A stretch of 64,000 nucleotides of DNA from a virus: IMG/VR virus record IMGVR_UViG_3300025096_000006, positions 1-64,000 of that record. One strand, given 5' to 3'. A program made the position numbers and the translations under genes. Below, piece after piece: positions 57,049-64,000 of this stretch. How positions within the stretch are numbered: position 1 is the stretch's first letter; the number at the start of each line of letters is the position of its first letter. Under the pieces are notes generated by a model. The model ran no database searches and had not been told where the DNA came from. It saw only the letters and a list, made by a program, of their open reading frames with translations.

Positions 57049-59874
57049 TTAAAACCCGCCGGGAAGTTCGGAGGGGTCGCCGCCCTCGTCATCGGTTTCG
57101 AGTTCTGGATCCTCGCGTCCATAGTCTCGCTCGAATTTATCCATAATCTCCACTATATCAAAAAGCTCATCGTCTCCAAGTTTATCCGTACCGCCAAAGC
57201 CTCCGCGCCTCCAGCCGCCACCGGATCCTTCTTCAGCTGGCGGGTCTTCTTCAACAGTCGGCTCACCGCCCAATGTTGTAACAATGTCTGCTGTATAAAC
57301 AATAGGAGGAAAACATTCTAAAACGCCTTCGAACTGCATATCTATTGGATCTGTGCCCCATTCATTTATAAAAGCGGCGAAAGGCTTCAGGTCCCGGTGA
57401 ACGGTGTCTCGAGCGTGGACGTAGACCGCAGCTTCATCTAGTGAATCAACGCCGGCATAAAGTTCAGCGATTGCTTGAATTCCTTCCAATAAAAACACAA
57501 CAGAATCTAGCGTTCCGGTTTCAGGATGCACCATTGTCATTAGTGAGTTTGTATTAAGAACAAGATCTACCCTGCTTCCTTGAAATGTAAAATATAGCAT
57601 TTCTCTATGAATATTAAAAATTAATGGCGCCAAAATCCATGGCTCAGAGCCGGGTGTATAACGCTCAACCATAGCTTGTGCAAAAAAAGAATTAAACTTA
57701 TCATCAATAGCGTTATATGAGCAAGCTTCTTTAGCATATTCGCCGTATTCTACAAAATCGTCAACGATTTTTAAAAAGGATTCTATTAGTTTAACAACGG
57801 CAGCTAACGAATGATCTTCAATATGAAAAACGGTATGATAATATTCAGTAGAAATTTCTTCATCTATTTGAAAATATCCTCCTTCTTTTTCTCGACCAAC
57901 GTCGGTTGCCCACTCCCACGAATAATAATCTTCAAACGACATGCACAGTAATCTATAATTATCGTAAGCATTATAAAAAGTTGATGTATTTAAGACGTCA
58001 AAATTTCTTGGTATTACGTAAGAATATACCATATTGTCATCTTCTGATAGTTCTTCAATGTAATATCCATCACTTTCTGAGTCTATTGAAAATCTATAAT
58101 CGGTTTCCAGCACAGCATGTCCAGAAGGAGATTCATAATCTGTGTAAGCTAAATTTTGATGAGTCATATACTTTACTTTTGGATACGAGTAATCTTCATC
58201 AAAGGCGATCCAAAACTCTTTGATTGGCTTATCAAAGATTGGGGCGCCGTCCAGCTGGACTTCTTCTAATTCTATTTTTGAATTATATCTGGTTAACGAA
58301 AGTGTTTTTTCCTTAATCAAAGAGTTGGTAAATTCTTTTCCGAAAACAGCTTCAACACCTTTCACATGATAAACCCTAGACATTAGCAAATAATCATTAA
58401 CTATTCTTTCATAATCGATAAAATAATATCCTTTGTTTAAGATATCCTCAAATCCAGACTCAATTACATCAGATACATCATCAACTTCAATTGGATTAAG
58501 ATTTACACCAACTCGATGCATAAAATAGTTGTTATAAATTACATAATGTTCGTACTCTGTATCCACATAGAAGCCTGTGTAAGGATACTCAGCACCATCT
58601 CCAGTGTAAAATGCGCGCTCCTCGGCTGTTGGTACGTTAGCAGAACCAAAAAAGCTTGAGTTTACTTCTGACCAAGTTGCCGCGTCCATGGAAGCATTTG
58701 ATCTTCTATCTAAAATTTTATTATTATATATTAGTCTTTTATGAAGAAGATGTTCGTCGATTAATGAATTATTAAACTTGTGAATCATATTTCTATATCC
58801 ACGATAAAAACGACCCATAGATGTTCCTGGAGTTTTTATTGGCCAAGTCCTTCTTAATTGATTAAGTTGAACAAGTAACTCTGGTTTTCTACCATAAACC
58901 GATTGAATGTATTTAATACTATTTATAATTTCTAATAATTCTTCTGATATCCTACCTGTGTCTATAGAATCTTGATACTGTTCATAAAAAACTTCTAATG
59001 CAATATGAATTTCATCATGAGTTACAGCCTCTTGTGTATAATATCTGCCATTGATACCTTGTATGGGGACATCATTATATGTTGATTCTGTAGTTTTTGA
59101 TCCGCCTACAAACTGCTCTTGCGGTTCGTCATTTAAAATTCCATCTTTAAAAACATGCTCATATGAGGCGTCTGATACTGTAATCTCTGATATTGTTTGA
59201 TCAAAGTATATTCTATTATATCGGTCTTCTGGGCTATCTACATATTCCGCCGTGTCCTTATCGACCGTAGTGCTAAACGCATATAAAAATAAGTTGCTAT
59301 AGTCGTCAGACATCATAGTAAAAATATGAAACGGGTCTTCAAATGGGTCGTTTTCGCTAAAGCTCCATATATGAACACCCACGGACTCTTCGGCGCCGTA
59401 GAAGTCTTCAACACCATAATTATACCACGACAAGTCTATATCAACTTCAGTAGTCAGCTTATAGTGTAAAGTTGTAGTATCATACCAGTCCTCTACTGGT
59501 TCCGAGTCGCTAAAATCTGCATACCAAAAATTTCCATGATGACCGCCTAAAGTAGACATTACATTAGCGCCGAAGAAATCAATCGTGCTATTTTCACGCA
59601 ATTCTGCAGAGCTTGACATCATAGTCAACACATTAATATCATTATTTAGAAATCTTTCATGGTATTTTTGTGAAAGCCCACACATCACATAAAAGTTTAA
59701 GTTATCCACCATATATTCAATAAGTTCAGTGGGCGCATTATAATCGTAATCGCCGCCTACCTTAATAGACACTTGAGCTGTAATTTTTTCATCATATACT
59801 GTAATTTTTTCTATGAATGGTGTTGGAAGCCATCTGCCATAGCGATTTAATTTATCTAGGTTTGCTATTGACAT
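57049..59874 (-). CDS. Large acidic hypothetical protein, probably virion structural
   Basis: 941-aa ORF (GRWLPTPFIEKIT) in the structural block. Confidence 0.6.
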   Translation of the reverse strand: MSIANLDKLNRYGRWLPTPFIEKITVYDEKITAQVSIKVGGDYDYNAPTELIEYMVDNLNFYVMCGLSQKYHERFLNNDINVLTMMSSSAELRENSTIDFFGANVMSTLGGHHGNFWYADFSDSEPVEDWYDTTTLHYKLTTEVDIDLSWYNYGVEDFYGAEESVGVHIWSFSENDPFEDPFHIFTMMSDDYSNLFLYAFSTTVDKDTAEYVDSPEDRYNRIYFDQTISEITVSDASYEHVFKDGILNDEPQEQFVGGSKTTESTYNDVPIQGINGRYYTQEAVTHDEIHIALEVFYEQYQDSIDTGRISEELLEIINSIKYIQSVYGRKPELLVQLNQLRRTWPIKTPGTSMGRFYRGYRNMIHKFNNSLIDEHLLHKRLIYNNKILDRRSNASMDAATWSEVNSSFFGSANVPTAEERAFYTGDGAEYPYTGFYVDTEYEHYVIYNNYFMHRVGVNLNPIEVDDVSDVIESGFEDILNKGYYFIDYERIVNDYLLMSRVYHVKGVEAVFGKEFTNSLIKEKTLSLTRYNSKIELEEVQLDGAPIFDKPIKEFWIAFDEDYSYPKVKYMTHQNLAYTDYESPSGHAVLETDYRFSIDSESDGYYIEELSEDDNMVYSYVIPRNFDVLNTSTFYNAYDNYRLLCMSFEDYYSWEWATDVGREKEGGYFQIDEEISTEYYHTVFHIEDHSLAAVVKLIESFLKIVDDFVEYGEYAKEACSYNAIDDKFNSFFAQAMVERYTPGSEPWILAPLIFNIHREMLYFTFQGSRVDLVLNTNSLMTMVHPETGTLDSVVFLLEGIQAIAELYAGVDSLDEAAVYVHARDTVHRDLKPFAAFINEWGTDPIDMQFEGVLECFPPIVYTADIVTTLGGEPTVEEDPPAEEGSGGGWRRGGFGGTDKLGDDELFDIVEIMDKFERDYGREDPELETDDEGGDPSELPGGF

Positions 59875-61394
59875 ATTTCAGGCTCCGTTGCTCTTCCATA
59901 AATATCAAAGTAAATAGCCTCTTCTGATTGAGTTTTGCAATCGAAATCTAAATCAACATAATAGGATTGCTTATTGAATGTTTCTGCGCCTTTACATGCC
60001 AATTCATTATCAATTTCATGATCCACCAATATATCAAAATAATATTCGACGCTGGCAGTAGTATAATTTGTCGATGGAATTGTTACTGGCTGATTAGCAA
60101 CCATATATCCATCTTGAACATTGTTATATTCTTTTTTGAAATATTTTCTCTTATAGCGAACGTACTCATCCTTACCGCCTGCCCAAGAATCAAGTATCCA
60201 CGCCGATTCATCATCAACAGTTAAACTAATTTCGCCATCATTAGAGCGCTCGCCACAAGTAGCTGAAACCAACACTATACTAAGATCAGATGTTAAGTCA
60301 TATAAATTTCCTTCCTGCACACCTTCGATATCTAATTCAGTTCCAAAGTTATCTATTGCTTCAAGTAAATAAAGCAACAGTTCGGCGCCTCTTGATTGTT
60401 CGGTAACTCCAGCAAGCGATTCCTCTTCGGTATAACTATCCAATAATACCGTTGCGGTTCCGGTGCCGGCACCTCCGTCTGCTATAGTATCTTCTTTTGT
60501 GTTTATTACAAAGCCAGATGCAGGACCGCCAGATGCAGAGTCTTTAATTGTAATAGTTACAGTATAATTATTATGATTAATAGTGAGGATATCGCCGCTT
60601 GTGACCCCAGTCCAGCCATGGTTGCCGCCAAAGTCCTCATAAAGACCAATCCGACCATTGGCCGCAGTGCACGAAGTAACCGTTTCTTTTTGAAACACTT
60701 CAATGTCGAAATTTTCTACCAGGAGCGCGGTATTTACCTCCTCCATGTATATCAAAGCATCGTCAGCCTTTAATCCGACCGTGTGCAAATCGGCAAAAAC
60801 CCTACTGGAGCCTATTATATCGTTTACAGAATCAGGTAGCAGATCCTGATCAAGACGAGCAATTTGTTTTTCATATTCCAAAGTTATATTAATTTGAGGT
60901 ATGTCCGAAAGGGTTACAGAATCTCTATTCGCTGATGATGATATTTTATTTTGTAAAGCAACAACCTTCCATGCTGGTGCGTAATTATTTGAATCTGAAT
61001 CTAAAACCGCATCGCCAATTGACTTTTCAAATCTGAACATTTCTGCGCGAGCTATTTGCTGCTGCGGGGTGGCATCAACATATTGAGTTTCGCCAGGATT
61101 TTGAATTTGTTCGTCATGGCGCTCAATATCCGTGAACAAAATTGGGGACTCAAGATATGCAGTGCTCTGCTTAATTCTTTTGTGAATATCATTTTGTGGC
61201 TCAGGAAGCGCAGTGGTCTCAACTGTGGTTCCATGGAGCACATCACCTGTACAGTATCTTTTATCATATAAAATATTATCATCAAAAAATGCATAATAAA
61301 CAGGCTGCAGCTTTCCAATAGACATTAAATATCTACCATATGTTGTTAACTGGATATCAAAAACTTGCTCTTTTTTGTTTAAAAACTTAGCCAT
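59865..61394 (-). CDS. Baseplate/virion structural protein
   Basis: N-terminus DIQLTTYGRYLMSIG...YAFFDDNILYD resembles the 51009-51995 N-terminus. Confidence 0.6.
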   Translation of the reverse strand: MAKFLNKKEQVFDIQLTTYGRYLMSIGKLQPVYYAFFDDNILYDKRYCTGDVLHGTTVETTALPEPQNDIHKRIKQSTAYLESPILFTDIERHDEQIQNPGETQYVDATPQQQIARAEMFRFEKSIGDAVLDSDSNNYAPAWKVVALQNKISSSANRDSVTLSDIPQINITLEYEKQIARLDQDLLPDSVNDIIGSSRVFADLHTVGLKADDALIYMEEVNTALLVENFDIEVFQKETVTSCTAANGRIGLYEDFGGNHGWTGVTSGDILTINHNNYTVTITIKDSASGGPASGFVINTKEDTIADGGAGTGTATVLLDSYTEEESLAGVTEQSRGAELLLYLLEAIDNFGTELDIEGVQEGNLYDLTSDLSIVLVSATCGERSNDGEISLTVDDESAWILDSWAGGKDEYVRYKRKYFKKEYNNVQDGYMVANQPVTIPSTNYTTASVEYYFDILVDHEIDNELACKGAETFNKQSYYVDLDFDCKTQSEEAIYFDIYGRATEPEICQ

Positions 61395-64000
61395 TAATAA
61401 CCTTTTCCCTTTCTTTTAGGGCTTCGTTTAATTTTGGAGTCCAGGTCTGGAGGGTCACCTGCCAGCCCTTCTACGCGGGAGGCAAAATCATTTTTCTTTT
61501 CTTGCCATTCGGTATTGCGCTTAGAACCAAAACTACTTGGCATCCCATTCGTCAGTTCTTCTACGCGGGAGGCAAAATCTAGATCTGTGATTTCTGCTCT
61601 AATGGGACCTGACCCCATTATTGGATTTTTTTCATCAGCGCCAGAAAAAGTTGGACCTATAAGTTCAACAAGCTCAGGATCTCTATATAAAACTTCTGCA
61701 TCTACTTTAATCAATTCAACAAAAGACAAGTAATCATAAGGCCAATTATACATTATCTTATATCCTTCAGAATCCTCGTTAAAAGTAAATAGATCTTTTG
61801 TTGATTCCCCAAGCTGTGCGGTGATTAAATCAGAATAGTCAACTTGAGATTTCTGCTTGACTTTGAACACCATCCATCGCAGATTTTCACTTTCGCAAAG
61901 ATCATCTGCAGACAATAACTCGTTAATGTCCAAAGTGTGGGCAATTGATTGATGCTGGCTTGTTATTTTTTTATAATCTCTAGGTGCTAAATTTTGCCAC
62001 ATGTAAGATAAATCGTCTTTATCAAATTCATATTCAAATTCAAAAATATACATAACTAAAGGATCAGTATCTGGATTATTTATAAAATCAAATTGTGGCG
62101 GTAAAACATAGCGCTGCATTTTTTGAATCATTTTTCTTATAGAAACTCCAGCAGCTGATAATGAGTCACCTAAAGCCGTTCCTGATTGTGCCAGCGCTGC
62201 CTCAACTCTTATCTGAGGGATTTCAAAAAATCTTTTTCTTGTGGTAGCAAATTCGCCGCACTTGTCTTTCTTTGATACATCTACACTTTCTATAGTATAT
62301 GGAACTGCCACTATCGCCTCTCTAATAATTAAACTTTCACGCAATTCTCCCAATCTTTTTGTTGTCTCTTTAGTCTCGAATCCCATTAAATCAGTTAAAG
62401 ATTGCATTGTTCGGTGAAGTTTTAAGCCAGTATCGGCTGCATCAGAATTATTATAAACAGTATTATTATTGACAACATCATAATGAAACTTTAATGTTTC
62501 AATAGGAATATCTCCAATTTCCATAAAAATTCCTGTAGAAGAATCTGTTGGCAGCAATCCAAATTGGTGCCACATTCCGCGCGGGACAGACCCTGACGCA
62601 AATATTGGTAGTGTTGGGTCGACAGCTCGAACTGTATTGTCCGCAAAATTCATCATTGGAGTTTCAAATTTAGGTTGAATGACCCAGCGCTGTCCTGCGG
62701 TTGTATTTTCAATCATTTCTGGGTTGCCTAGCTCGTCTTTTCTTTGTGTCAATATTCTTTCAACGCCTAATAAGTTTAAGCTAGCGCTAATTTGCATTGC
62801 ATTGCTGTTAATATTATAGCCAGAATAAGGACGTGTTTTACTCTGGGCGTCTGCCGCATATGGAAGCGCGGAAATTAATATTGGTCCGTGAGAGTTTGGA
62901 GCTGTTGATGCTGTTATAAATCCGGGATCAGCTCTCCAATAAACCATATTTATTTCTGATAATATGGTTTCTAGATCGTAGCTTCTTGTGTGAGATGGTC
63001 TGAAAACAATATCGCACCATGCCTCACCATTGGTATATGGAGGAGTATATGCCCAATTAAATCCATTTATACTGTCCATGGGCGCCGTATTTAACGCATA
63101 ACTAGTAGCTGCAACGCCTTCTGCAGGTCTTCCTGAAAACGGAGGACCAAATGCGGTTGGTCTTGAATACATTGTAAAGGTTTCTCTAAATCCGTCTTCA
63201 TTCTGTCTAGGATCTTGTGGTATTGGAAACTCTGCTTTTTGAAAAGCCGAAGCACTATAGAGCTGGGCTCCAAATACCCCATACCCAGTATTATCACCCA
63301 TACTGCTTGATTCATCTTGATAAGTTCGGGGTCCGGTGTGACTTCTTCTCAATTTAATTCTCGCGCCGTATACACTTCCCGCTTTAAAATTCAAGTCATC
63401 GGTAATTATACCTGATTTTAGTTGCGTATAATTTGACTCTTTTAAGAAAAAATTACCAACTTCGCCTAAAAAGTTACTAACCATTAGAGAATATGTCTCA
63501 TCAGCTGGAGCACCACAAGAAGAAGAGGCATATAAAGAAGCTGATAAATGTGGCTCCATGTCAATTGGTCGCACCTTGCTAAGATATTTATCAGGCTTAA
63601 GGATTGCCTCAAATGGCACTCTTAAATCAAAAAGTTCGCCACCTTGATAACCAGTAGCAGCCTTGCGATCAACTTGAAAAGTGCCACTAACTGCTGTTAG
63701 CATCCAGTTTCCTGGGGTAGCTCCAGGGTTATCTACTCCATAAAAAGAAGCACTTAGTTTAAGAGGATCTGTTATTATAGGATAATCAACGGCTAGTCCC
63801 GACTTAATAGAGTTAAAAAGAATTCCTGGCGAGTATAGCGTCTGCATTAAAGGTCTTAATAGTCCACCATGGCTTTCTACAAGAGTTTTTCCATAATATG
63901 GGAAAACATTTGCCCCTATAGCCGAAGCGCCAACCAAGCCATTGCCGTAAGATTTAGAAAATTGACTTACTATATCTATTGTTCGCTGAGCTGGATAGAA
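61394..64000 (-). CDS. C-terminal part of a large virion structural protein (start probably beyond the window)
   Basis: The frame stays open upstream of the track start at 63937 to the window edge; C-terminal NWPYDYLSFVEL. Confidence 0.65.
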   Translation of the reverse strand, partial: FYPAQRTIDIVSQFSKSYGNGLVGASAIGANVFPYYGKTLVESHGGLLRPLMQTLYSPGILFNSIKSGLAVDYPIITDPLKLSASFYGVDNPGATPGNWMLTAVSGTFQVDRKAATGYQGGELFDLRVPFEAILKPDKYLSKVRPIDMEPHLSASLYASSSCGAPADETYSLMVSNFLGEVGNFFLKESNYTQLKSGIITDDLNFKAGSVYGARIKLRRSHTGPRTYQDESSSMGDNTGYGVFGAQLYSASAFQKAEFPIPQDPRQNEDGFRETFTMYSRPTAFGPPFSGRPAEGVAATSYALNTAPMDSINGFNWAYTPPYTNGEAWCDIVFRPSHTRSYDLETILSEINMVYWRADPGFITASTAPNSHGPILISALPYAADAQSKTRPYSGYNINSNAMQISASLNLLGVERILTQRKDELGNPEMIENTTAGQRWVIQPKFETPMMNFADNTVRAVDPTLPIFASGSVPRGMWHQFGLLPTDSSTGIFMEIGDIPIETLKFHYDVVNNNTVYNNSDAADTGLKLHRTMQSLTDLMGFETKETTKRLGELRESLIIREAIVAVPYTIESVDVSKKDKCGEFATTRKRFFEIPQIRVEAALAQSGTALGDSLSAAGVSIRKMIQKMQRYVLPPQFDFINNPDTDPLVMYIFEFEYEFDKDDLSYMWQNLAPRDYKKITSQHQSIAHTLDINELLSADDLCESENLRWMVFKVKQKSQVDYSDLITAQLGESTKDLFTFNEDSEGYKIMYNWPYDYLSFVELIKVDAEVLYRDPELVELIGPTFSGADEKNPIMGSGPIRAEITDLDFASRVEELTNGMPSSFGSKRNTEWQEKKNDFASRVEGLAGDPPDLDSKIKRSPKRKGKGY

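Noticed and set aside
52-63315. Numerous plus-strand ORFs and short alternative-frame minus ORFs in the track
   Set aside because: They lie antisense to or inside long, motif-bearing minus-strand genes, and have no recognisable motifs or SD sites; they are shadow ORFs.
1-64000. Stop-codon reassignment as in some large phages
   Set aside because: Core genes are full length in code 11, and TAA, TAG and TGA all end genes at sensible junctions.
1-64000. tRNA or rRNA genes
   Set aside because: No cloverleaf with T-loop GTTCRA in the few intergenic gaps by eye; tRNAscan-SE would be needed to be certain.

Overview
A 64-kb piece of a large, T4-like (contractile-tailed) dsDNA bacteriophage genome. 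Essentially every real gene is on the minus strand, tightly packed, and read in the standard code. In transcription order (high to low coordinates) it carries: a block of large baseplate/virion proteins (47.5-64 kb); a RuvC-like resolvase, a DnaG-type primase and a fused Mre11-Rad50 (SbcD-SbcC, gp47-gp46-like) nuclease; an accessory region with a tubulin/FtsZ-family GTPase, a probable holin/spanin cluster and many small unrelated proteins sharing the leader MKITKSQLKQIIKEE; terminase large subunit, portal, prohead protease and ribosomal protein bS21; two modular fibre-like paralogs; scaffold and major capsid; then neck, sheath, tube, tail chaperones, tape measure and baseplate genes. The most notable unexplained signals are: (1) a ~130-nt leader RNA after the capsid terminator with two 9-nt complementary (kissing) loops, a closing helix and an anti-Shine-Dalgarno, which suggests a switch; (2) a family of 7-9 genes with a shared N-terminal leader fused to unrelated cargo, probably a capsid-targeting/injection system; (3) a U7 slippery site joining the gp26- and gp51-like tail chaperones in the +1/-2 frame; (4) several small ORFs missed by the ORF track, including an H1-like Lys/Ala peptide; (5) a recurring CTATTTA/CTAATTA motif upstream of late genes. 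All functional calls come from motif recognition and gene order, not from database searches.
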